A stretch of DNA of 64,000 nucleotides from a virus: positions 64,001 to 128,000 of the IMG/VR virus record IMGVR_UViG_3300032820_000001, one strand, 5' to 3'. Of this stretch, positions 8,124 to 16,690 are shown piece by piece. Every line of letters starts with the position of its first letter. Position 1 is the first letter of the stretch. Below the pieces are notes generated by a model. It was not told where the DNA came from, ran no database searches, and saw only the letters and a list, made by a program, of their open reading frames with translations. Position numbers and translations under genes: made by a program.

Positions 8124-11100
8124 TAGTTTCCGTCCCCGCCTGCGGTGTTGCTATCTGCTTTACTATAGAAGCTGCTGGCATGCCAAACTCCGCCTTCGTT
8201 GAAATAGTATTTATCTGATTGGACAAACACGCCAACGGGAGAGGAGCCAACCTTACTTAAGTAAATAGCACGTCCAGCGTAAGATGCCGCATTTTCATCT
8301 AATCCGATTAAAACAGCGCGATCTGAATTTTGTGTTCCGTCAAGAGTTAGTATATTCTGAATGTCAGGATGCGAAGAGGCTTGCGGTTCTTGCGGTGTAG
8401 TGTCAGCGTCCGTATAAAAGTGGGAGGGGTGCCAAATGCCGCCCTCATTAAAGTAAAATTTACTGGGTATTCTAAACGGCGTGACGGGGTTCGAAGCAAT
8501 TGACGACAAATATAAAGTCTTCCCAGAATATAAAACTGAGTTTGTGGCATATTCTTCTATCAGAGCCCTGTTGGGCCCGTCGCCGTCATCGGCCAATGTG
8601 AAAATACCAGACCCAATGGCAGCGATTGCAACAGTCGTAGTTCCACCACCGCCGGGGCCAAGATTAGAAAGTTGTTCATTTAAAGAATTTATTTGAAGCT
8701 GAATATCCTGCTGAGATCCCTGAATTAAGTCCGTGAGGCCATTGACATCTGCCGCCTCAACATATGAGGCAGTTAATCGGGAAAATGTTGGGGCGCCATC
8801 GGGGGTGTTGAATCTAAAGCCATTGGTTTCACCATCGATGGTTATTTTATGTGTTCCCCCGAAAATGATAGAGCCCGTAGAAACATAAATATCTCGCACC
8901 TGCTTGTCTATTGTTCCAATATCATAAAGGTTGCCAGATGCTGGAGCGATATGTCCATGAACCTCGATACCAGATGCGGTAAGAGACGAAACTGTCATTG
9001 CCTTGGTGGATGTGTTTCCTTTGTCGAGAATTGTATCGAGAGTATCTGCTTCCTCATAATAACTCGCAGTGAGGGCGTTTGCCACCGATCCTACAATTTC
9101 AGAGGCAGGGATGTTTGTCAAGTTGGAGGCATCCCCAATATAGGCAGAGGCAGACATTGAACCAGTATATGTTAAAACATTACTTGGGCCGGTAACAGAA
9201 AGAGTCCCCACTGCAGTTGAACCAGAGACAAAATGCAAAGAAGATCGGCGCACATAAATGGCATTCCATGGCTTCGCCAAGGCCCCCAGATCATGACTAA
9301 ATCGAGAATACGGCAAGATATTACCACTAGAATTTATTGTCCCCTCAAAATTGTGAGAGTCCAAAATCCCCGATCCAAAATTAGTTGTTCGAGTCACACT
9401 CAAGTTGCCCGTAATTGCGGCGGCGCCTACGTGATGTCCATCCCAAGATCCAGTGACACCAACCAAGCCAATGCCACTCCCAATAAAAGAGGAGGCCGAG
9501 AGCGTGGAAGAAACACTAACGTCGCCCATGAAATTAACGGTATCCCTGAATATAGAAGTTCCTCCTGAGCCAGTTTGAAGAAAAGAACCTGTAAACCTAT
9601 GAGTGTCGCTGAGGACATTGCCGAACGACGTGGAGCCAGAATATGTTAAGACACTACTATCGTCGACAGAAATTGTTCCCACATCCGTGGTACCGGATAT
9701 AAAGTGAAGAGAGCGATGGCCGACGTAGAGGGTATTCCACGGTTTTGCTGGGGAGCCTAAGTTGTGACTGAATCTCGCATTGGGGACAAGGTTCCCACTG
9801 ATATCTAGGCTTCCCGAAAAAATATGAGAGTCGGTATCGCTTGATCCAAAAGTTGTTGAATCCGACACAACTAGCGAGCCCGTAATTGCTGCATCACCTG
9901 TGTGTTGTCCATCCCAGTCTCCAGTGACGCCAGTGATGCCGGTGCCATCGCCAAAGAAAGCGGAGGCAGAGACGTGGCCAGAGGCGGTGAGGTTTGTTAC
10001 CTCAAGTGTTCCTGTAATTGCTGCATCGCCTGTGTGTTGACCATCCCAATCTCCGGTGACACCGGTTAAGCCAGCTCCATCGCCGAAAAAGGAAGAGCCG
10101 CTTATAATAGAGCCAGTTATATTTTGTGCGTGTACCAAAGTCCCGGACACGTTACCAGTTACATCACCCAGAACGCTGCCAGTGAGATCTCCAGTTACGT
10201 TCCCGGCTAAGTCGCCAGTTACGTTTCCTGCAACATCACCCAGAACGCTTCCGGTTAAGTTGCCAGTAACGTCACCAGTAACATCACCAGTAAGATTGCC
10301 AAGAACGCTGCCAGTTAAATCCCCAGTTACGTTTCCTGCAACATCACCCAGAACGCTTCCGGTTAAGTTGCCAGTGACATCTCCAGTTAAATTTCCAGCA
10401 ACGTTACCCAGAACACTTCCAGTTAGATTTCCAGTTACATTGCCAGTTACATTGCCAAGGATGCTGCCCGTCAAATTGCCAGTGACATCGCCAGTGACAT
10501 CACCAGTTACATTGCCAAGGACACTGCCAGTTAAATCTCCGGTCACGTTCCCGGTAAGGTCGCCAAGAACGCTTCCAGTTAAGTCACCAGTTACATTCCC
10601 AACAACATCGCCAGCAACGTCACCAATCACAGGCCCCAATAAAGAGCCAGTAAAGGATGTTGCCTCCACTGTTGATCCTGATATTGCTTGCGTCACAAAC
10701 ATAGAACCAGTTATGTGAGCATCACCAGTTAAATTTCCATCCCAAGAGCCACCAACGCCGCTTAGGTTACTACCATCGCCAAAAAAGGCAGATGCAGAGA
10801 TAGAAAGAGAGGAAGATAAATTTCCCTGAATTTCTATATCATCTTTGAAAATAGAAGTTGCGCCGGAGCCGGTCTGGAGGATAGATCCTGTAAATTGGTG
10901 GGTGTTGGTTAGAAGAGAGCCGAACTTTGTGGAACCCGTAAGATTTATATCTCCAGAAGAATTGATTGTTATCTCATCACTGGTGGAAGTTAGTGTTACG
11001 TTGGTTCCCTCCACTAAAGTTTTCATATTAAATTGGATTCCAGTTTTATTCCTGAAGACTCCCTCGCCAGTGCCAACATTGGCCATTGTGTTATCCACAC

Positions 11101-12268
11101 CATCGGGAGTTATAATGTTTGCGTTCTCGCATGCCGTAACGGAATCCAGATCAAACTCACTAACAGTCCCCTCAACCTCGGAAAGCTTGAAGATTCCTTC
11201 CCTGGCTCGGATGCAGCTGGCCACCACTTCAAACTTCTCGTCTATTTTCCCGAAAAGTAACTTGGGTTGTCCCACAGTAATAATTTCATAAAGAATATTC
11301 CCATAAAGGACGAAATCTCCCTCTCTAACAAAAAGATTTTGGTCTTCGGTGAGGCGCCGCTTGTGAAACTTAACGTCGATAGCGGATTTTCTGTCAATTC
11401 CAAAACTGGTGGTGGTGGTATCGCTGCCTTTCCACTCGATAGCTGCGAATACGCGTATGGGCGGCAAAAAAGTCTTATTTATAGCTTCGCCGTATAATTC
11501 ATGAAAATCAGAATTTGGAATGGACACCGGAAAGTATACAACCTGTTGGCCGACAACCCTTTCGAGTACCTCGTCGTTGACTTGTTTAACTAAATTTGAT
11601 TCTTTTCTCCCCGTAAAAAGGGGAGGAGGTGGTGTGCCCGGTCTTTCGTACACTTCGCCACAGGGTTGCTCGCCGGAGCCTCCGGTGCTGGTGGTGTCTC
11701 CCGTTAAAACTCGTATTTCTTGGATGGGATCGCATGCCGGTGCTGTTAAGCGCGGATCATCATCTCCGTCGTCTGCATAAGATTCCGAGGGGAAAGTTCC
11801 GTCCCTTGCGCGGACGCATTTTGCAGAAATTTCAATCTTTGAATCGGGTTGACCGAACAACAGCTTTGGCTGGGCCAGCTGCACAATCTCATACTTCTGT
11901 TCACCATACTGAATGAAGTCTCCCTCTCTTACAAAGAGGTTTTGGTCTTCGGTAAGGCGGCGCTTGTGAAAATGAATTGTCACTGAGGACTTCTTATCTA
12001 TTCCGAAGCCAGTGGTAGCGGTTTCTTCGCCTTCCCACTCGGCCAAGACTTCCACATGAACGGGTGGCAAGTAAGTTTTGTTAATTGCTTCACCATAAAG
12101 TGGGTGGAAATCTGAGTGTTTTAAACTAATGGGATAGTAGAGTATCGAAGTTCCGATTACTCTTTCGATTACCTCGTCAGTAACCTGCTTTACAATGTCT
12201 TTTTCTTTTTGCCCCGTAAACAAAGGAGGTGGAGGGGCTTCAGGTTGCTTCCACTGATTATCAGACAT
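8123..12268 (-). CDS. gp14: Head-closure/neck protein (two tandem gp14-like domains) fused to a long fibre (1381 aa)
   Basis: Two near-copies of PPPLFTG.KE...VKQV.DEV.ERV.G...HFHKRRLTEDQNLFVREGDF. Then G-x-x-x tetrapeptide repeats, four WDG...(A/H)ITG repeats, two GN(L/I)(V/L)P..RFSH.LG..AKPWN repeats and two C-terminal KxYFNEGGxWHxS modules. Confidence 0.7.
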   Translation of the reverse strand: MSDNQWKQPEAPPPPLFTGQKEKDIVKQVTDEVIERVIGTSILYYPISLKHSDFHPLYGEAINKTYLPPVHVEVLAEWEGEETATTGFGIDKKSSVTIHFHKRRLTEDQNLFVREGDFIQYGEQKYEIVQLAQPKLLFGQPDSKIEISAKCVRARDGTFPSESYADDGDDDPRLTAPACDPIQEIRVLTGDTTSTGGSGEQPCGEVYERPGTPPPPLFTGRKESNLVKQVNDEVLERVVGQQVVYFPVSIPNSDFHELYGEAINKTFLPPIRVFAAIEWKGSDTTTTSFGIDRKSAIDVKFHKRRLTEDQNLFVREGDFVLYGNILYEIITVGQPKLLFGKIDEKFEVVASCIRAREGIFKLSEVEGTVSEFDLDSVTACENANIITPDGVDNTMANVGTGEGVFRNKTGIQFNMKTLVEGTNVTLTSTSDEITINSSGDINLTGSTKFGSLLTNTHQFTGSILQTGSGATSIFKDDIEIQGNLSSSLSISASAFFGDGSNLSGVGGSWDGNLTGDAHITGSMFVTQAISGSTVEATSFTGSLLGPVIGDVAGDVVGNVTGDLTGSVLGDLTGNVTGDLTGSVLGNVTGDVTGDVTGNLTGSILGNVTGNVTGNLTGSVLGNVAGNLTGDVTGNLTGSVLGDVAGNVTGDLTGSVLGNLTGDVTGDVTGNLTGSVLGDVAGNVTGDLAGNVTGDLTGSVLGDVTGNVSGTLVHAQNITGSIISGSSFFGDGAGLTGVTGDWDGQHTGDAAITGTLEVTNLTASGHVSASAFFGDGTGITGVTGDWDGQHTGDAAITGSLVVSDSTTFGSSDTDSHIFSGSLDISGNLVPNARFSHNLGSPAKPWNTLYVGHRSLHFISGTTDVGTISVDDSSVLTYSGSTSFGNVLSDTHRFTGSFLQTGSGGTSIFRDTVNFMGDVSVSSTLSASSFIGSGIGLVGVTGSWDGHHVGAAAITGNLSVTRTTNFGSGILDSHNFEGTINSSGNILPYSRFSHDLGALAKPWNAIYVRRSSLHFVSGSTAVGTLSVTGPSNVLTYTGSMSASAYIGDASNLTNIPASEIVGSVANALTASYYEEADTLDTILDKGNTSTKAMTVSSLTASGIEVHGHIAPASGNLYDIGTIDKQVRDIYVSTGSIIFGGTHKITIDGETNGFRFNTPDGAPTFSRLTASYVEAADVNGLTDLIQGSQQDIQLQINSLNEQLSNLGPGGGGTTTVAIAAIGSGIFTLADDGDGPNRALIEEYATNSVLYSGKTLYLSSIASNPVTPFRIPSKFYFNEGGIWHPSHFYTDADTTPQEPQASSHPDIQNILTLDGTQNSDRAVLIGLDENAASYAGRAIYLSKVGSSPVGVFVQSDKYYFNEGGVWHASSFYSKADSNTAGGDGN
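9885..10085. repeat. Two ~75-bp near-identical copies (period ~129 nt) encoding GVTGDWDGQHTGDAAITG
   Basis: gtaattgctgcatc(a/g)cctgtgtgttg(t/a)ccatccca(g/a)tctcc seen at ~9892 and ~10014. Confidence 0.85.
10140..10640. repeat. Degenerate 12-bp-period coding tandem repeat, G-(N/D/S)-(V/L)-(T/A/L), about 40 units
   Basis: Protein GDVAGDVVGNVTGDLTGSVL... Includes an exact 53-bp duplicate at 10215-10267 and 10323-10375. Confidence 0.9.
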
Positions 12269-12279
12269 CTATGATCCCC

Positions 12280-13548
12280 CTATCCCACAAAGATAGTCAG
12301 AGGGATCTTTTGTTGAATTCTGTTTGCGTTTTCGATGAGGTCAGCATCGCCAGACATTAGCTGCCCATACGTCATTTCGTCTAAGATGGTCTTCAGTTCA
12401 TCTCGAAGAGCAGTTTGTTCTTCTTTTGCCTGCGACGCCAACTCAGAACCGTTCAGCGTAACCGAATCTCCTGGAATTGGGATTGTGGCAAATTTCCCGC
12501 GAATGTGGCCAAGGGTCTCCTTGCTCAGTGCTAGACAAAATCTCCTGATCCACTGCTTTCCAATCGCATTGATATTTTCGTAAGGAACGTTGTCCAGTGG
12601 AAGGGTATTCATGTTATTTATACCGTCAATACCAATGTCGGCGCCGGAGGAATTAACCCAGTTATCGCCAGGAATAGTAAACTCAAACCACATCTTGTCT
12701 ATATTGTATGCGGAGGGGCTGGGAAAGACACGAAGTTTATTATCTCGCAACTCATAAGAGCATTGAGAGGTTCTGGTATATAGGGCATCCTCATAGGCCA
12801 TAGCTTGGAGTTTGTTTTCCCAAACGGGAACCACCTGGAAGGTGCTGTCGTCGGCATATTGCCCATAAGACGTTAAATTACCAATTACATTTAACCCTCC
12901 CTGATACCCGAAGAATCGCCACATGACGCGGGGGGTTTTGTAAAACACCTTTTTAATTAAGATCTTTTTATCTCCTACCAAGCCACTAAAGAGAGATCCA
13001 GTCTTGAGGGATTCCGCCTCGATGATAGATTGTAAGTTGTAATCTTGAACTTGAGATTCTATGTCAAAAGATGCAGAATAGATCGGGGTGCTTCCCCCTA
13101 CATTTGCTTCCTGCGAAATACCATCAGCAACACGACGGGCATAGGCGTAATCGAACAGTGGGTATTTTAAGCCAACGTGTCCGCCTTCTAGGGACGCGCT
13201 CAGGTCAGTGCCGGGTTTCATCTCACCTTTGTGATCAAACGTCCCTGTGGAGGCGCCCAGGACGTCAGAGAGTATGTTCTTCGACTGGTGTATGTTAATA
13301 AGATACGAGTATTCGAGACACGACTCTTCGTAGGCTGCGTATACGCTCTCTTCTTTAATTTCAATATCAAGAACGTCGCCGCCCAATTTGCGATATGTAT
13401 AGGTCACTTGGTCGACGGCGCCGGAGATGAAGTCATCGCTAGTATAGACGCCGGTTGCAAGTGAAGAAGTCACAAGCGAACGAGATCCTGTAGGGGGAAG
13501 AACTGAAACGCTGGTATTGCTTTTTGGGGTGAGAATCGGAGCTGCCAT
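12280..13548 (-). CDS. gp13: Neck protein / head-tail adaptor (T4 gp13-like)
   Basis: YRKLGGDVLDIE, WIRRFCLALSKETLGHIRGKF..IPIPG..VTLNG..L. Directly downstream of the major capsid gene. SD GAGGT. Confidence 0.8.
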   Translation of the reverse strand: MAAPILTPKSNTSVSVLPPTGSRSLVTSSLATGVYTSDDFISGAVDQVTYTYRKLGGDVLDIEIKEESVYAAYEESCLEYSYLINIHQSKNILSDVLGASTGTFDHKGEMKPGTDLSASLEGGHVGLKYPLFDYAYARRVADGISQEANVGGSTPIYSASFDIESQVQDYNLQSIIEAESLKTGSLFSGLVGDKKILIKKVFYKTPRVMWRFFGYQGGLNVIGNLTSYGQYADDSTFQVVPVWENKLQAMAYEDALYTRTSQCSYELRDNKLRVFPSPSAYNIDKMWFEFTIPGDNWVNSSGADIGIDGINNMNTLPLDNVPYENINAIGKQWIRRFCLALSKETLGHIRGKFATIPIPGDSVTLNGSELASQAKEEQTALRDELKTILDEMTYGQLMSGDADLIENANRIQQKIPLTIFVG

Positions 13549-13581
13549 TCAAAGTACCTCGTGAGATTATAATTCACTTAA

Positions 13582-13589
13582 TAAGTAGT
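13582..13589 (-). promoter_or_regulatory. Late-promoter-like motif ACTACTTA
   Basis: Between the capsid terminator and the neck gene ATG. Confidence 0.55.
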
Positions 13590-13613
13590 TTATTTATTGA
13601 CTAAATGCAGAAC

Positions 13614-13646
13614 AAATAAAAAACCCGCCACAAGGACGGGTCTTTC
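13614..13646 (-). terminator. Intrinsic terminator after the major capsid gene
   Basis: Minus strand ACCCGTC-CTTGT-GGCGGGT followed by TTTTT(A)TTT. Confidence 0.85.
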
Positions 13647-13668
13647 ATATATTATGTATTGGTTTTAA

Positions 13669-15363
13669 TTAGCCGAGCAAATTTTCGACAATAACCATGC
13701 CATACATGTCAGGACGCACCATCTTCTTAGCATAGCGAGTCATCACACCCTTTCTGGGTACGAAGTCTTCTGGGCCAAAAATGGTAGGAGTGACTTGCAG
13801 TGGCACATACGGTGAGTAAACATATCCACTTTCGAGGAAGTTACTACCCTTACGACCAACGAGGATCACATTACGAGGGAAGTAGGGATCAACTAAGATA
13901 TCCCACTTACCTTGAAGTGTTCCAACCTGAACGGTTCCAGCGGTTCCCTTGTCATCGTCGTGAGTCACTTTGGCTCGGAAGCCTGCAGTGAATTCGAGGA
14001 TGTTGGCAACTTCGGGAGAAGTAACCAAGAAGGTCGCTCCGCCACGCAACACTTTGCGGTGAATCTGAGCCGATACGTCATTAACCACTTCGAGAAGTGT
14101 TTCGTACCATTCAGAAACCGTACCAGTGAAGTCGCCGCCGGCAACAGTCGCGCCAGTGTCTCGGTCAACAAAATTACCAGGGCGTCGGCTCCAGTAATAA
14201 GTGCTGGCTTTGGCACCTTTCACCAAGTCGTTCAAGATTTCTTGATCGATTTCGAGAGCAATTTGTTCAGAGAGAATGCTTGTCAATTCAACTTCGGCAT
14301 CGAGGTTGTGATAAGCGTTCAAGTCTTGACCCAATTCAGGGCTCCACTTTGCTTTCAATTTCTTGGTAACGGCGGTTACAGCAACACTGTCAACTTTGAT
14401 GTCAATCTCAGGAATGAGACCAACAGGTTCTCCGTTGAAAGTTCCGGCTTCATCGCCAGCGCCTTCAAGTCCCCATGGATCAGTACCAACAATAGAGCCT
14501 AAGCCTCCACCTTCAGTAAATTGATCTTTCAAGGGATAAGAACAGGTCAATGCGTCAGTCGCGACTGTGGCGATGGCGCCGGGGTTTGTCAATGTGAAGG
14601 TGAGTGTCTCTCCATCACGAGTTGTCAAACGACGCACCAACGAATCATCGGTACCAAGACCGCTAGTAATATCAATATCAATCAGGTTATCGATGTTTAC
14701 CATATCCATCGTGGATCCAATATCAAGGCTCAACTGTCCGACACAAGCTGCTCCGTCAGCCAAGGCCAACAAATCAGGATCGTAGCGAACTGCTGAGAGT
14801 TTTGCGGCAGCCATCGAAGAAGTAATCACGGTGCTTGTAAACGCCGGGGTTGCTGCTTCTGATGCGCCACTGGTAGATCCGGTTGGGGATGCATAACCAC
14901 TTTGAAGGTTATAAAACCCACCACCATCTTCCGTAAGGTTAGAATTGAGAATACCACCAGTAAGCTGAGAAGCTACTACGCCTCCACCATATACTGACAT
15001 TTCGTCGGTAAAGGGCGGACGGTCATTGCTCAAAGTAAAATCCATGAAGAAAATCAAGCCAGATGGCAAGCTCATGGGTTGTACGGAGACTAAATCATTG
15101 GCAATCAATCCACCGAACACACGACGGACGATAGGGAATGCAACAGCTGCAAATCCTTCAACATCGCCGGCGGCCATGGATGATGCTTCACGAAGAAGCT
15201 CCTTTGCTTGGTTTTCGAGTAAGCGACTCATTTGATCTTTTTTGCGGTCATTGTCAAGACCTTCCAAAAGTCCGGTTTGCTCCCATTTAGAAATAAGAGC
15301 GGCTCCTTCTTTGGAAAGGTCGCGGGAGACAATACCTTCAGTTAATTTTTCTAAAACAGACAT
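13669..15363 (-). CDS. gp23: Major capsid protein (T4 gp23-like), 564 aa
   Basis: LLENQ, AVAFPIVRRVFGGLIANDLVSVQPMSLPSGLIF, RK/KKLKAKWSPELGQDLNAYHNLDAEVELTSILSEQIALEIDQEIL, Y.PYVPL, F.PRKGVMTRY. Start moved to ATG 15363 (SD AGGAG). Confidence 0.97.
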   Translation of the reverse strand: MSVLEKLTEGIVSRDLSKEGAALISKWEQTGLLEGLDNDRKKDQMSRLLENQAKELLREASSMAAGDVEGFAAVAFPIVRRVFGGLIANDLVSVQPMSLPSGLIFFMDFTLSNDRPPFTDEMSVYGGGVVASQLTGGILNSNLTEDGGGFYNLQSGYASPTGSTSGASEAATPAFTSTVITSSMAAAKLSAVRYDPDLLALADGAACVGQLSLDIGSTMDMVNIDNLIDIDITSGLGTDDSLVRRLTTRDGETLTFTLTNPGAIATVATDALTCSYPLKDQFTEGGGLGSIVGTDPWGLEGAGDEAGTFNGEPVGLIPEIDIKVDSVAVTAVTKKLKAKWSPELGQDLNAYHNLDAEVELTSILSEQIALEIDQEILNDLVKGAKASTYYWSRRPGNFVDRDTGATVAGGDFTGTVSEWYETLLEVVNDVSAQIHRKVLRGGATFLVTSPEVANILEFTAGFRAKVTHDDDKGTAGTVQVGTLQGKWDILVDPYFPRNVILVGRKGSNFLESGYVYSPYVPLQVTPTIFGPEDFVPRKGVMTRYAKKMVRPDMYGMVIVENLLG

Positions 15364-15388
15364 TTTTAGAATCTCCTTTGTAGTTAGA

Positions 15389-16441
15389 TTATTTGATCCC
15401 CGCCAGAAGTTTCCAGCGTTGTTCATGGGGATTAATAATTTTGGTTTCTTTTCGTCGAGGCATTCTCTTCGACGTATTGTTGCTAACTACTTCGCTTAGT
15501 GATTCAGGTCGTCCTTGCCTCTTTGTGGACACCACTGTGCTTTGAAGTGTTTCGAATACAGTCTTTGCATGCTCAACTGACTTTGTTTCGTGAAGTGCCT
15601 CGACAGCAATTTGTCTCTGTCGCTCATTCAAGGAGTCGGACTTTAATACTTCATTAGTATAAAGCAGTTTAGCATTTTGGAGACTGAGATTCTCCAACGT
15701 CGTCGCGAGCTTCTGAATATTCTTCTTCTGCTCGCTCATTCCGGATAACAATTTTTTATTATCCGCTTTGAAATTATCGTTTTGCACTTGGAGGGCTTTG
15801 ATAGTTTCTAAAAGTTCTTTTTTCTTGCCGGCGATCTTCTTAAGATCGATTGATTCGTTTTTCTTGCTTTCCTCGAATCCGTATCCGGCGTTCGGGCCTT
15901 TACATCTTGGATCGCTGGGATCCTTTTCGCAATCCTCTTCTTTTTCATCGTCTCTGCCTTCTTCCAATGAAACCTCTTCAACAGTTTCTTCTTCTCCGAG
16001 AAGTTCAGCAATTACGGAAGCAAGATCATCTTCTTCGAGTGTTAAGTCTCCTTCTTCTTCCCCTTCGGGTGGAACGAGATCGGCAAGTGGCTCAATTGGC
16101 TCTTGTTCAGAAGGGAGTGGCTCCTCTTCGGACTGAGCAATTGCGGCCAAGCCGTCAAGATCAATTGAAATCATTTCTTCTTCGTCTGGACATGCACATG
16201 CATTTTCTCCAGCGGCGGCTGCGAGGGGTAGATCTGTGGCGAGCGGATCTTCTGTGGCGGCAGCTCCATCAACAGTGACGTCGATGGCATTGTCCAAGTC
16301 GTCTTCAGCTTCGAGAATACTCTCCATCATCTTCTTAACTTCCGGAGCATACTTCTCAACTATTTCCGTTTCTGCGCTTTTAAGGGCCGCTTCTTTAAGG
16401 GCCTTTGCATCGATAATTGCTTGTTCTAACATTCGTGACAT
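15389..16441 (-). CDS. gp22: Prohead scaffolding/core protein (T4 gp22-like)
   Basis: Acidic and coiled-coil; LxNAKLLYTNEVL and C-terminal RWKLLAGIK. Immediately upstream of the capsid gene. Start ATG 16441 (SD GGGAG). Confidence 0.8.
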   Translation of the reverse strand: MSRMLEQAIIDAKALKEAALKSAETEIVEKYAPEVKKMMESILEAEDDLDNAIDVTVDGAAATEDPLATDLPLAAAAGENACACPDEEEMISIDLDGLAAIAQSEEEPLPSEQEPIEPLADLVPPEGEEEGDLTLEEDDLASVIAELLGEEETVEEVSLEEGRDDEKEEDCEKDPSDPRCKGPNAGYGFEESKKNESIDLKKIAGKKKELLETIKALQVQNDNFKADNKKLLSGMSEQKKNIQKLATTLENLSLQNAKLLYTNEVLKSDSLNERQRQIAVEALHETKSVEHAKTVFETLQSTVVSTKRQGRPESLSEVVSNNTSKRMPRRKETKIINPHEQRWKLLAGIK

Positions 16442-16507
16442 TTGGCTACTCCCATTCTTGTGATTCAAAATCTTTGATATAAAGTCTATAGGGACTTCTA
16501 ACTAATA

Positions 16508-16515
16508 TAAATAGT
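16508..16515 (-). promoter_or_regulatory. Late-promoter-like motif ACTATTTA
   Basis: Upstream of the scaffold-capsid operon, downstream of the 16620 terminator. Confidence 0.55.
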
Positions 16516-16615
16516 GCTCACATCGTGTAAACCCCCTTTTTTGCAAAAAAACCTGATTTTTAGAGAGATAGCCATGGGTTTTCATGGGGAGTTACTATTT
16601 CTTTGTCTCCTCAAA

Positions 16616-16645
16616 AGCAAAAGCACCCTCCGAAGAGGGTGCTTT
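16616..16645 (-). terminator. Intrinsic terminator after the 3066-aa fibre gene
   Basis: 11-bp stem AAAGCACCCTC / GAGGGTGCTTT with a C(UUCG)G tetraloop on the minus strand and a T-rich tail. Confidence 0.9.
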
Positions 16646-16690
16646 GAGTAATTTAAAATGTCCGGTTAGAGACCGAAAGGGTGTTGTCTA

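Noticed and set aside
10056-10718. Plus-strand 220-aa Pro/Val/Thr-rich ORF
   Set aside because: Antisense shadow of the G-x-x-x repeat in the neck-fibre gene; the repeat simply lacks stops on that strand and there is no SD.
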